The notes beneath the pieces were generated by a model. The model did no database searches, was not told the DNA's origin, and was given only the letters and a program-made list of their open reading frames with translations. Shown here piece after piece: positions 1-9,557 of a stretch of 64,000 nt of DNA. The position numbers were made by a program, and so were the translations under genes. Source of the stretch: Nitrosopumilus sp. (GTDB lineage Archaea > Thermoproteota > Nitrososphaeria > Nitrososphaerales > Nitrosopumilaceae); NCBI GenBank assembly GCA_965205425.1, contig CBDBGZ010000009.1:928001-992000 (forward strand). Reading direction: 5' to 3'. How positions within the stretch are numbered: the stretch's first letter is position 1; each line of letters starts with the position of its first letter.

Positions 1-438
1 ACCAATACTTGTAATGATAAGAAAAGTTGCACCACCGTTTGAAGTTATGAAACTGTCAATCCAAGAAATTAACCCACCATCTAAAATTGTAACATCAGGC
101 ATTATACTACCACCATTAATTGCAAAATTAACAGAGCTAAACATGCCACCAATTACAAAAAAGAATAAGAAGATTTTCACAATTGATCTTTTAATAGGAC
201 TACGTATTTCGGAAGGATTTACAGCTCGCTCTGTAATTCTAATACCATAAAGAAATCCCACAGCCATTGCAGGAATAAACATGATATTGATAAGAATTGG
301 AGACTCTTTGTTGATATCCTCTATTTGAGGATGAAAAATTAGAAATAAAATGATTGCAAGTAAGGCTGATGAAGTAAACAGAATCAAGCCTAAATGACGA
401 TGAAAGCTTGATTCATTATAACTAGCCCAATTATGCAT
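1..438 (-). CDS. Multi-pass membrane protein, runs off the window edge
   Basis: Read manually from ATG at 438: MHNWASYNESSFHRHLGLILFTSSALLAIILFLIF...; open to position 1 with several hydrophobic segments; absent from the ORF track. Confidence 0.7.
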   Translation of the reverse strand, partial: MHNWASYNESSFHRHLGLILFTSSALLAIILFLIFHPQIEDINKESPILINIMFIPAMAVGFLYGIRITERAVNPSEIRSPIKRSIVKIFLFFFVIGGMFSSVNFAINGGSIMPDVTILDGGLISWIDSFITSNGGATFLIITSIG

Positions 439-541
439 TTTATTATCTCATAAGAAAATCATTAAAAACCAAATCCGAAAATCATTTGGTCAAATTATCA
501 ATTCTGTTTACCCTTTTTTAGTAGAAACAAAGGATAATTTC

Positions 542-745
542 ATGAAAGGTGGAAAAACGCTCATCATAATTGGAATTATTGTAGGGGCGTTTGGTTCAAT
601 TTTTCATCTACAAGGACAGTCCATAGTAGGACCAGAATCATCATTCATGTATTCAAATCCAGAATGGATAACATATGGTCTATCAATGATACTTGTTGGG
701 ATTATTTTTTCAGGTATAGGACTTGCAGTTCTCAAAAGGACTTAA
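542..745 (+). CDS. Small two-TM membrane protein
   Basis: 67 aa with two hydrophobic helices. Confidence 0.7.
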   Translation: MKGGKTLIIIGIIVGAFGSIFHLQGQSIVGPESSFMYSNPEWITYGLSMILVGIIFSGIGLAVLKRT

Positions 746-981
746 TTTGTTACACGTAGAGTTATAGTACTTCTAATTTTTTGGAGTTTTCTTATTTTCG
801 AAGTAATTATTTCGTTTATCTGAGAAGGAGGATCAGTGACAAATTCAGCTACAACATCATAACTACCATAAGTAATCAAACAGTTTTTGATTTCAGGGAT
901 TTCTTTTAATTGTGAATAAAGAGATTGTTCTTCTCCAATTTCACAACTAATTAGCATGTACGCCTTTTCCAAATAAATCAT
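742..981 (-). CDS. Lrp/AsnC ligand-binding (RAM) domain protein
   Basis: AYMLI...YGSYDVVA...IRKL.KIRSTITL pattern. Confidence 0.85.
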   Translation of the reverse strand: MIYLEKAYMLISCEIGEEQSLYSQLKEIPEIKNCLITYGSYDVVAEFVTDPPSQINEIITSKIRKLQKIRSTITLRVTN

Positions 982-1041
982 ATTTTCTTAAAATTACACC
1001 AACTTAAAGACATCTGAGAAATTATGTTTCTAAAACAGATC

Positions 1042-2238
1042 TCAAAAACCAACAATCATAGGATCTTGAGGTTTCATTATTTCTCTTAACAAAATTGTTG
1101 CAAAAGATCCTCGTGATAACGAAAATTCAACTACATCTTCATGTGAAGAATAATTTGAACAATGAATTGCAGCTTGTCTAAACCCACCTTCACTGCTAAC
1201 TTCTTGCATTTCTTTGATAAAGAAGTCTTTTGGGGAAATTTCTTCATGCTTCAGTACTTTGGAAATTTGGTAATCAAATCTAGTTTTTTTGTAGTATGAG
1301 TATCCAACAAAAGGTAATGCCAAATTCTGATCCATACCTTTAACATATTTACCAATAATCCCATTATTATCAAAACAAACATCTCCAGATTGTGGTTCAA
1401 ACAAATTTTCACCATCTAAAAATGCAGAACTAAGTGATTGATTAAAAATAAAAGATTGGTATGCCTGAACATAAAATCGTCTCAAAGAAACAGGGATCGA
1501 ATGAATAGCACGAATAGATTCTCCATGTTCAATCATTTCTTTTAGAACAATTCTTTCAATATCCATTTGGACTGGAACTGTATCAAAATATTGCTCATAA
1601 TTGGCTTTATCAGATAGTTTCTCACGAATTTCAGTATTTTCTTTAGAATCAAAAGGAGAAGTAAACGATAAAATCAAATCAACTGCTTTATCAAAATCTC
1701 TTTGTAAAATAGCACGACCAATTAGATGTGTGACTGGTCTTTTAGAACCAAACCTCTGATAGCCATAAAAATTTAGAATTTTATCATATTCTGTAAAAGA
1801 TTCCAAGTTATTCTCAGAGTCAGAAATTTTAATTTTAAAATGATTCCCAATCATATCTTTTTTTGATAGAGGTTTTTTTACAAACCCAAGTTTTTCAAGA
1901 GAATATTTGTCACTTGCAAAATTACCTATAGCATTTCCTTTATTTCCAGAACATACGAATTGTTCTGTAATTGCGGATGCATCTTTTAATCCAAGAGATT
2001 TAAGACGAATACCTTTTTTTTTAAAAATTCCAGATAAGGCATGATTAGTATCAATTTTTTTCTTTTTTAATTTGTATACAGCATAGCCATTTTGTTCTTT
2101 AATAGAATTTTTTGCTTTTTCAGAAATTAACTCTGTTACTTTGAAATCTTCAGGTTCAATTCTAATTTTCCCATTAATTCCAGAAAATTTTGTACTATAA
2201 ACAGAAATTCCAATTTGGAAATCTAATGGCGGAATCAC
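1042..2238 (-). CDS. truD: tRNA pseudouridine(13) synthase TruD
   Basis: PEDFKVTE, GLKDASAITEQ, NFYGYQRFG, FSLSRGSFAT motifs. Confidence 0.95.
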   Translation of the reverse strand: MIPPLDFQIGISVYSTKFSGINGKIRIEPEDFKVTELISEKAKNSIKEQNGYAVYKLKKKKIDTNHALSGIFKKKGIRLKSLGLKDASAITEQFVCSGNKGNAIGNFASDKYSLEKLGFVKKPLSKKDMIGNHFKIKISDSENNLESFTEYDKILNFYGYQRFGSKRPVTHLIGRAILQRDFDKAVDLILSFTSPFDSKENTEIREKLSDKANYEQYFDTVPVQMDIERIVLKEMIEHGESIRAIHSIPVSLRRFYVQAYQSFIFNQSLSSAFLDGENLFEPQSGDVCFDNNGIIGKYVKGMDQNLALPFVGYSYYKKTRFDYQISKVLKHEEISPKDFFIKEMQEVSSEGGFRQAAIHCSNYSSHEDVVEFSLSRGSFATILLREIMKPQDPMIVGF

Positions 2239-3833
2239 TCTATTGTCACTGTAACATATTTGCTGATTGCTATATCAGGGGATTGTGCCCCAACCAAAAT
2301 TTTGTAGGTCCCAGGTAATGCATCTTCAGAAGCAGAAATAGTACTATGAATAGGTCTAGGAGCATCAAAATCTAATTGAAATGAATTTGTACTATCATGA
2401 TCAAGATTTACATTCAAAAAGTCATGTGTTGTAGATAAAATCAAATCTACTTCTAAATCATTTCCAGATAACGGAGATACAATAAAGTTAAAGTGTTCTG
2501 AATCTCCAGGAATTAAATTAATTTCATTTGATTCTAATTGAATTTCAATTGGTAGTGGAACAGAGGTATCAACAACTCCAATATTGTTTTCAACCCATTC
2601 AGTAAACCAAATTTTATCCCCATCAACAGTAAAATCAAAAATTTGTGCTAGACCACAATCAGCCAACATCATACCAGTGCCAGGATCACAGTCACCCCAA
2701 TTTGGATTCTTTGAAGGTATGTGGTATTCTACAAGAGATTGAGATTTTGGATCCATTACAGAAATATTATTTGCAGTTTGTTCATTGAAAATGATTCTTC
2801 CTTGTTCGTCAGATTCAATCCAGTAAGGTCTAGAAATAGGCGTCTTTACAATACCAGTTTGATTTCCATAAGTACTCAACATAGGATCAGACGTCACGTA
2901 TTGAATGAATTTTTCAGTGTCAGGATCAAAATTAAAGAATGATGATGAAGTTGTATCAGCTAACCAGATAGTACCATCATCAGATACAACTGCACCGTTT
3001 GGTGTAAGAAGAGATACAGGCAATTGGTATAATTCAATATAGTCCATTAATGGAAGATACTGCTCACCAGAAGTTGCAACTGAATTTCTATATCCGTTTT
3101 GATCAAACTTTACCAATACTCCACCCTGTTGAAACAACCAATTTGTGAACCAAACATTATCATCTTGATCTATTGCAAAGTCTGCAGTTACTGAATCATC
3201 TACAGGAGATGGAATACTAAGGTAATTCACATCTTCACCAGATTGATTTGGATCTAAAAATGTGAGTTTATTTCCAGTAAAATCATTTATTATTATTTGT
3301 GAGCCATCAACACGAAGTTTTTGAGGTAATGAATCACCTTCTGAAGGATATGACAGTCGGTCATATTTTTCGTCAATAGTAGAAAATTTCCAGACTGAAT
3401 CATAAGATTCATCAGTATACCAAACAGAACCATCAGGAGAATAATCAATACCCCACATCATAGAACGTCCACCAGGAGGCCACAAGGAATTTTCATATTC
3501 AGTAAAGGATTCTGAATTAGGATCAAATTTTGCTAGATTTCCAGTATTAGTTTCTGTAAACCAAACATTTCCATCAAAATCAGTTACAATAGATAATGGA
3601 TTTGTACATAATGTTGGAATTGAGAATTCTTTAACATAATCTGTAGACTTTGCATCACTTGAACCACAAAATTGTGCACGTTGCTCATCTGGGAAATTAT
3701 CAGCAGGAGTTCCAGTAGATGTAACTTCTGGAGCATCAATTTCAGGATTAAAACCTGAAAATGCAATCATAATAGTTGATGAAAGTAAAATGAATCCAAA
3801 AAATGCAGTGACTATAACTCCTTTTTTCTTCAT
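2235..3833 (-). CDS. Secreted beta-propeller protein, virginiamycin B lyase (Vgb)-like
   Basis: N-terminal TM segment; repeated DGxVWFTE/WYTD blades. Confidence 0.8.
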   Translation of the reverse strand: MKKKGVIVTAFFGFILLSSTIMIAFSGFNPEIDAPEVTSTGTPADNFPDEQRAQFCGSSDAKSTDYVKEFSIPTLCTNPLSIVTDFDGNVWFTETNTGNLAKFDPNSESFTEYENSLWPPGGRSMMWGIDYSPDGSVWYTDESYDSVWKFSTIDEKYDRLSYPSEGDSLPQKLRVDGSQIIINDFTGNKLTFLDPNQSGEDVNYLSIPSPVDDSVTADFAIDQDDNVWFTNWLFQQGGVLVKFDQNGYRNSVATSGEQYLPLMDYIELYQLPVSLLTPNGAVVSDDGTIWLADTTSSSFFNFDPDTEKFIQYVTSDPMLSTYGNQTGIVKTPISRPYWIESDEQGRIIFNEQTANNISVMDPKSQSLVEYHIPSKNPNWGDCDPGTGMMLADCGLAQIFDFTVDGDKIWFTEWVENNIGVVDTSVPLPIEIQLESNEINLIPGDSEHFNFIVSPLSGNDLEVDLILSTTHDFLNVNLDHDSTNSFQLDFDAPRPIHSTISASEDALPGTYKILVGAQSPDIAISKYVTVTIE

Positions 3834-3887
3834 ACTACAAAAAATATTGAGCCTTGTTATATTTTATTCCAAGAGAAATAGATTATA

Positions 3888-4018
3888 TAGCGAAAAGATA
3901 AAGTTCGTGAACTAAAAATCATCAAAAAACTAGAGATTAGATGATTTTACCTAAGGTAAATACGAATAAACAATCTGAAACACCTTGAAAATAGTTCATG
4001 AACATATGCTTCTCGCTA
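3888..4018. mobile_element. 131-bp MITE copy A with TA target duplication
   Basis: Reverse complement of 11338-11468; imperfect 27-bp TIRs beginning TAGCGA; TA at 3886-3887 and 4019-4020. Confidence 0.9.
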
Positions 4019-4369
4019 TAGTAATTTAAGATCTCCAGTAATTTTATCAATCAGGTTCTCAGGAGCAGGTCCTATAGAAATACACGTAGTGGTTCCAGGA
4101 GCTAATTGAGTATGACCAGCATCAGAAACTTCAGACCAAGGTAAATTCAAATCAATTGCATGTCTTTTCACTTCTTGTAATTCTTTAATTCCAGATACTT
4201 TAACGACTACTTTTTCTTGTCCTCCCCACCATTCACGATACCATTCAGGATGAGATTTTCTAACATGCTCTGCCCCAAGAACACAAGCATGTCCTACTTG
4301 AGCTGCTATCTTGCCTTTACCCATATCAAGATCAGTTCTTACAACTATCACCTGTTTGATATCACTCAT
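4016..4369 (-). CDS. pth2: Peptidyl-tRNA hydrolase Pth2
   Basis: KQVIVVRTDLDMGKGKIAAQVGHA and DAGHTQ motifs; likely start MSDIK at 4369. Confidence 0.95.
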   Translation of the reverse strand: MSDIKQVIVVRTDLDMGKGKIAAQVGHACVLGAEHVRKSHPEWYREWWGGQEKVVVKVSGIKELQEVKRHAIDLNLPWSEVSDAGHTQLAPGTTTCISIGPAPENLIDKITGDLKLL

Positions 4370-4435
4370 AGTATTACCAAAAATAGGCTTAATGAAAAAC
4401 TTTTGAATTAAATAATTGACAAACAAACAAAATCT

Positions 4436-5572
4436 GTGAGCTTTGACGTAGTAATTGCTGGAGGAAGTGTTGCAGGATTACTATGTGCCAGAGAAGTTGC
4501 TGGAAAAGGGTTTTCAGTTCTCGTAATTGAAGAAGATTATGAGATTGGAACTCCAGAACATTGTGGTGGTTTAGTAAGCTTGTCAGGATTAGAAGAACTA
4601 GGAGTAATTCCATTTAGAAAAACATTTGATCATATGATAGAATCAGCCAAAGTATCATCACCAAATGGAAAAAATTTTACAATGGATTCAAAGAAAAAGA
4701 AAGTTATTGAAATTAGTAGAAGAGAATTAGATAAGCAAATTGCATTTCAAGCTCAAAAAAATGGTGCAAACATCAAAGTTAGAACAAGTTTTCAAGAGAT
4801 TACAAACACGGGTATTAGAACTAATGATGAAAAAATTGATTGCAAAATTTTTGTCGATGCTCGCGGAGTATCATCATTAATTCATAAAGACAGGACAGGA
4901 ATTTTATCATCAGCACAATATGAAATTTATGCAGACTGGATAAAAAAAGGCAAAGTAGAAGTAATTTTTGATCAAAAAAAATATCCAGGATTCTTTGCAT
5001 GGATAATTCCATCAGGTGAAGGTAAAGGCAAAGTAGGAGTTGCAGGAAAAGGAATTAACGTATCAGAAACACTAGAGGTAATACTAAAAGAAAAAGGAAA
5101 TTATTCGATAATTAGGAAAATTTATGCTCCAATTTGGATTAAAGGTCCTATCAAAAATTTTGTAGAAGGTAAAACGGTGATCATCGGAGATGCAGCAGGA
5201 CAAGCAAAACCAACAACAGCTGGAGGAATTTTTACTAGTGGGATGGGAGGAGTATTTGCAGGACAAGCAATATCAGAATTTTTAAAAACAAACAATTCAG
5301 AAGACTTGGAAAAATACCAAAAAAAGTGGACTGAAAGATTTGGAAAAGAATTTGAAAAACAACTCTTGGCGAGAAAGATGTTAGAACGATTAGACAACAA
5401 TACAATCAACAAATTATTTGAATCAATAACACCAGAAATTATCAAAGATATTTCAGAGAAAGATGATTTTGATTTTCATACAGGATCAATTATAAAATTA
5501 CTAGGATTGAAAGGATCCATCAAAACAGCTCAAACCCTGATTGGTGGAGAAATTAAAAAATTACTAAGTTAA
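4436..5572 (+). CDS. Geranylgeranyl reductase family FAD oxidoreductase
   Basis: N-terminal Rossmann motif, CGG, AWIIP, GDAAGQAKPTTAGGI. Confidence 0.85.
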   Translation: MSFDVVIAGGSVAGLLCAREVAGKGFSVLVIEEDYEIGTPEHCGGLVSLSGLEELGVIPFRKTFDHMIESAKVSSPNGKNFTMDSKKKKVIEISRRELDKQIAFQAQKNGANIKVRTSFQEITNTGIRTNDEKIDCKIFVDARGVSSLIHKDRTGILSSAQYEIYADWIKKGKVEVIFDQKKYPGFFAWIIPSGEGKGKVGVAGKGINVSETLEVILKEKGNYSIIRKIYAPIWIKGPIKNFVEGKTVIIGDAAGQAKPTTAGGIFTSGMGGVFAGQAISEFLKTNNSEDLEKYQKKWTERFGKEFEKQLLARKMLERLDNNTINKLFESITPEIIKDISEKDDFDFHTGSIIKLLGLKGSIKTAQTLIGGEIKKLLS

Positions 5573-5601
5573 AACGTGCTTAATTTTCAAGGAAGGTATA
5601 A

Positions 5602-5805
5602 ATGATGTTTACAGAAAATCGAGGTATGTCGTCTACTATTTCACTACCAACATGTAGTTGTTGTCACAGACATATTATGCCTAATGATAAATGTGTAAAA
5701 TTCAATTGCCCTAGTTGTGGCGCAGATTTAATTTGGAGATGTCAAAGTTGCAGAGAAGCAGCAAGAAACTATACTTGTTCCTCATGTAACTTTACAGGAC
5801 CTTAA
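5602..5805 (+). CDS. Small Zn-ribbon protein (DUF1610/HVO_2753-like)
   Basis: Four CxxC motifs ending FTGP; conserved position before EF-1beta. Confidence 0.85.
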   Translation: MMFTENRGMSSTISLPTCSCCHRHIMPNDKCVKFNCPSCGADLIWRCQSCREAARNYTCSSCNFTGP

Positions 5806-5809
5806 AAAA

Positions 5810-6091
5810 ATGACTCAATTATTATTTATTACAAAAATTTTACCTAAAGGAATGGAAGTAGATTTAGATAAATTAGCTGAGACCATCAAATCTTCATTAC
5901 CTGAAGACATGTCAATGAAAAGACATGCAAAAGAACCATTAGCATTTGGTTTAGAATGTATCAAGGCAGAATTTGTAATAGAGGATAAAGAAGGTCAAAG
6001 TGACGCTCTAGAGAACGCAATAAGATCAACTGACGGAGTAAGTGAGTTTGAAGTTCTCAACATGAGTCGAATGTCAGTTGACATGAAATAG
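5810..6091 (+). CDS. ef1b: Translation elongation factor aEF-1beta
   Basis: EPLAFGL motif, size and context. Confidence 0.9.
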   Translation: MTQLLFITKILPKGMEVDLDKLAETIKSSLPEDMSMKRHAKEPLAFGLECIKAEFVIEDKEGQSDALENAIRSTDGVSEFEVLNMSRMSVDMK

Positions 6092-6099
6092 GAGATTTT

Positions 6100-8268
6100 T
6101 TGGTCCGCAAAGAAGAACCTTTGCAAATGAGAATTGGAGAAGCAAAACAACGAGACGTAGGTAAGAAACGTGCTCGAATTGGTCCAGAAGCCATGGATTT
6201 TCTCAAAGTAACTCCAGGAGATATTATTGAAGTAATGGGTTCAAGATCTAGTTGTGCAGTTGTTTGGCCAGTAGATGAAGATGAAAAATTACCAGACATT
6301 ATCAGAGTCGATGGACAAACAAGAAAAAATGTCGGTGCATCACTAAATGATTTTGTAAAAATTAGAAAAGTGACATCAAAGTTTGCAAAAACAGTTTCAC
6401 TTACACCAGTAAATGATTCAGTTACAGTAGATAAAGAATTTACAGATTTTGTTAAAAATAGATTGAAAGGACTACCAATTACTCATGGAGATGAAATTTC
6501 AGTTATGATATTAGGAAATTCCATGGACTTTAAAATTACAAAAACATCTCCAAAAGGCGTAGTAAAGATAGACCGTACAACAAACCTTAGCATATCAACA
6601 GAAACTTCAGTTGATAGGAAAGTTCGAGTAACATACGAAGAGGTTGGAGGATTAAGACGTGAAGTTAAAGCAATGAGAGAAATTGTAGAATTGCCATTAA
6701 AACATCCAGAATTATTTGTAAGACTAGGAATTGAGCCACACAGTGGAATTTTACTTTATGGGCCACCAGGATGTGGGAAAACTCTACTTGCAAAAGTAAT
6801 GGCAAGTGAATCAGAAGCTAACATGTTTCCAATAAATGGTCCAGAAATAATGAACAAGTATTACGGAGAAACAGAAGCTAAACTAAGAGATATTTTCAAA
6901 GAAGCAAAAGACAATTCTCCAAGTATAATTTTCATAGATGAAATTGATGCAATTGCACCAAAAAGAGAGGAAGCATATGGAGATGTAGAAAAAAGAGTTG
7001 TTGCCCAATTGTTGGCATTAATGGATGGCCTAAATGATAGAGGAAATGTAATTGTTCTTGGAGCTACAAATAGACCAGATAGTGTTGATCCAGCACTTAG
7101 AAGACCAGGTAGATTTGATAGGGAATTCGAAATATCAGTACCTAATGAAGATGAAAGACTAGAGATTCTTGAAATTCATACTAGAGGAATGCCAATTAGT
7201 GAGAATATTGATCTTAAAGATTTGTCATCAGAATTACATGGGTACACTGGTGCAGATATCAAATCACTTTGTAGAGAAGCAGCTCTAAAATCAATTAGAA
7301 GATATCTTCCAGAAATTGATCTTGAAACTGAAAAAATTCCTTCAGAAGTACTACAATCAATGCAGATTAAACTAATTGATTTTTACGATGCAATGCACGA
7401 AGTAGTCCCCACAGCAATGAGAGAATTTTATGTTGAACGACCAAAAGTATGGTGGAAAGATGTTGGAGGATTAGATGATGTCAAAAAATCACTATCAGAT
7501 AATCTCATTATGGCAATGAAAGAGCCTAGTAAATTTACAAAGATGGGAATAAAACCGCCAAAAGGAGCTTTGATTTATGGTCCACCAGGATGTGGGAAAA
7601 CTCTACTCGGACGAGCATTAGCTACTGAAACTGGAGCAAACATGATTTTAGTTAGAGGTCCAGAAATTCTTTCTAAATGGCTAGGGGAATCTGAAAAAGC
7701 TGTAAGAGAAATTTTCAGAAAAGCAAAAGCGTCTTCACCATGCGTTGTAATTTTTGATGAATTAGATTCCATTGCAAAATACAAATCAGGTGAAGGAGGA
7801 TCCAGTGAAACAATCCTTAGTCAATTGCTAACAGAGATTGAAGAAGGAATTTCATCACGGGTAGTTGTGATTGGGATTACAAATAGACCAGATGTTTTAG
7901 ACAATTCTTTACTTAGGACAGGTAGATTAGATTTAGTTCTTTATGTCGCTCCACCAGATGAAAAAGGCAGATTAGAAATTATTAAAATTCTAACACAGAA
8001 AATGCCATTAGCAACTGACGTTAAATTACAAGAAATTGCAGTTGCTACTCAAAATTATACAGGGGCAGATTTGGCAGCATTATGTAGGGAAGCTGCAGTT
8101 GAAGCAATGAGAAATAATTCTGCAAAGATTTCAAATCATGACTTTGCAAATAGTTTGAAACAAGTAAAACCATCAATTACTAAAGAAGTTGACCAATGGT
8201 ACAACACAGTAAAGGAAAGTATATCTAATGTAGTACCTAAGACAGGAGATAAATCATTCTACGGATAA
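6100..8268 (+). CDS. cdc48: CDC48/VCP AAA+ ATPase
   Basis: N domain plus two AAA modules (GPPGCGKT twice, DEID/DELD, RPGRFD). Confidence 0.95.
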   Translation: MVRKEEPLQMRIGEAKQRDVGKKRARIGPEAMDFLKVTPGDIIEVMGSRSSCAVVWPVDEDEKLPDIIRVDGQTRKNVGASLNDFVKIRKVTSKFAKTVSLTPVNDSVTVDKEFTDFVKNRLKGLPITHGDEISVMILGNSMDFKITKTSPKGVVKIDRTTNLSISTETSVDRKVRVTYEEVGGLRREVKAMREIVELPLKHPELFVRLGIEPHSGILLYGPPGCGKTLLAKVMASESEANMFPINGPEIMNKYYGETEAKLRDIFKEAKDNSPSIIFIDEIDAIAPKREEAYGDVEKRVVAQLLALMDGLNDRGNVIVLGATNRPDSVDPALRRPGRFDREFEISVPNEDERLEILEIHTRGMPISENIDLKDLSSELHGYTGADIKSLCREAALKSIRRYLPEIDLETEKIPSEVLQSMQIKLIDFYDAMHEVVPTAMREFYVERPKVWWKDVGGLDDVKKSLSDNLIMAMKEPSKFTKMGIKPPKGALIYGPPGCGKTLLGRALATETGANMILVRGPEILSKWLGESEKAVREIFRKAKASSPCVVIFDELDSIAKYKSGEGGSSETILSQLLTEIEEGISSRVVVIGITNRPDVLDNSLLRTGRLDLVLYVAPPDEKGRLEIIKILTQKMPLATDVKLQEIAVATQNYTGADLAALCREAAVEAMRNNSAKISNHDFANSLKQVKPSITKEVDQWYNTVKESISNVVPKTGDKSFYG

Positions 8269-8271
8269 AAA

Positions 8272-8568
8272 ATGGCAATACCAATAAGAAATACAGTATT
8301 TGATAAAATAAAAGAAGCAAATCGTCTAACAGATATTGAACTTTTTAAAAGTCTAGTAAAAGACAGACATGCCATTGCAGAGGATAGATTTAACAAAATT
8401 CTTTTAGATTTAGAAATTCTTGGCTTGATCACAGTTTCATGGATTACTAAAGATGAGCGTAGAATAGAAATTGTTGTTGTTGAAAAGCCAGTTGACAAAA
8501 TTCAAGAGCAAGTAAAAGAAACTGAAGAAAGGGATTATGAAGCCAGTTTCCCAGGCGCAGACAAATAA
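8272..8568 (+). CDS. Conserved hypothetical protein (possible winged helix)
   Basis: Starts 3 bp after cdc48; host-like codon usage. Confidence 0.7.
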   Translation: MAIPIRNTVFDKIKEANRLTDIELFKSLVKDRHAIAEDRFNKILLDLEILGLITVSWITKDERRIEIVVVEKPVDKIQEQVKETEERDYEASFPGADK

Positions 8569-8571
8569 TTA

Positions 8572-9459
8572 TCAGAATAGTGGATAATGAAATGCTGCAT
8601 CTAATGCAACTGCAACAAAAATTATTGTAAGATAAGGAGCAGTTACTTTGTATGCTTTCCAAGCAAATTCAGAAGTAGGATTCTTTGTTAATTTGTAGTG
8701 ATAGACAAGCATTAGTCCTCCAGAAACAATTGCAATAACAGTATAAACAATTCCCATACCATCTGGAATAAATGAAAGTATCAATGAATATGGAATTAAA
8801 ATTAATGTATTACCTAAAATAAATTTTGATGTTCTTTGCATTCCAATAACAACAGGAAGCATTGGAACTTCAGCTTGTGCATACTCGTCTTTTATTTTCA
8901 TTGCAAGACACCAAAAGTGTGATGGAGTCCACACAAAAACTAAGAATCCAACTAGAAATCCTAACAAATCCATACTACCAGTAGCTGCTGCCCATCCGGC
9001 CCAAGCTGCTGCACTACCTGCAATACCACCAATTACAATGTTTGAAGTATTTTTTCGTTTAAGCCAAACAGTGTAAATTATAACATATGAAAAAATTCCC
9101 ACTGCAATAAAGAATGCAGATACGGCGTTTAATGCAAAATATCCATAAATTACAGAGATACAACTCACTGCCAGACCATATATCAAAACATTAGAAGCTG
9201 CCATTCTCCCAGATGGGATTGGTCTTGTACTAGTTCTAGTCATTTTAGGATCAATGTCTTTGTCATAGTAGTGATTTAGGGCACTTGAACCAGCTGATGC
9301 CAATGCGCCAGCAATAATGATATGGAGATAAGACCAATAATCAAGCTCAGGAACTCCTGGAACTAGCTTACTTGCAGCATACATGGATGTAACTGCAGTA
9401 ATTACCAACAGAACAACTATTCTGGGTTTAGATATTTCCAGTATTTCATTAAATCCCAA
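8572..9459 (-). CDS. ctaB: Protoheme IX farnesyltransferase (heme o synthase)
   Basis: KPRI, LNHYYDKDID..M.RT..RPIPSG and WTPSHFW motifs. Confidence 0.95.
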   Translation of the reverse strand: MGFNEILEISKPRIVVLLVITAVTSMYAASKLVPGVPELDYWSYLHIIIAGALASAGSSALNHYYDKDIDPKMTRTSTRPIPSGRMAASNVLIYGLAVSCISVIYGYFALNAVSAFFIAVGIFSYVIIYTVWLKRKNTSNIVIGGIAGSAAAWAGWAAATGSMDLLGFLVGFLVFVWTPSHFWCLAMKIKDEYAQAEVPMLPVVIGMQRTSKFILGNTLILIPYSLILSFIPDGMGIVYTVIAIVSGGLMLVYHYKLTKNPTSEFAWKAYKVTAPYLTIIFVAVALDAAFHYPLF

Positions 9460-9557
9460 TTCACTCTATCCTATTCCGAAGCCATTTAATTTCTTCGTCC
9501 ATGTGATCTCATGCATTTCGCAAGGAATAAGTATCTCAGTCCTATCAGCTATCTTAA

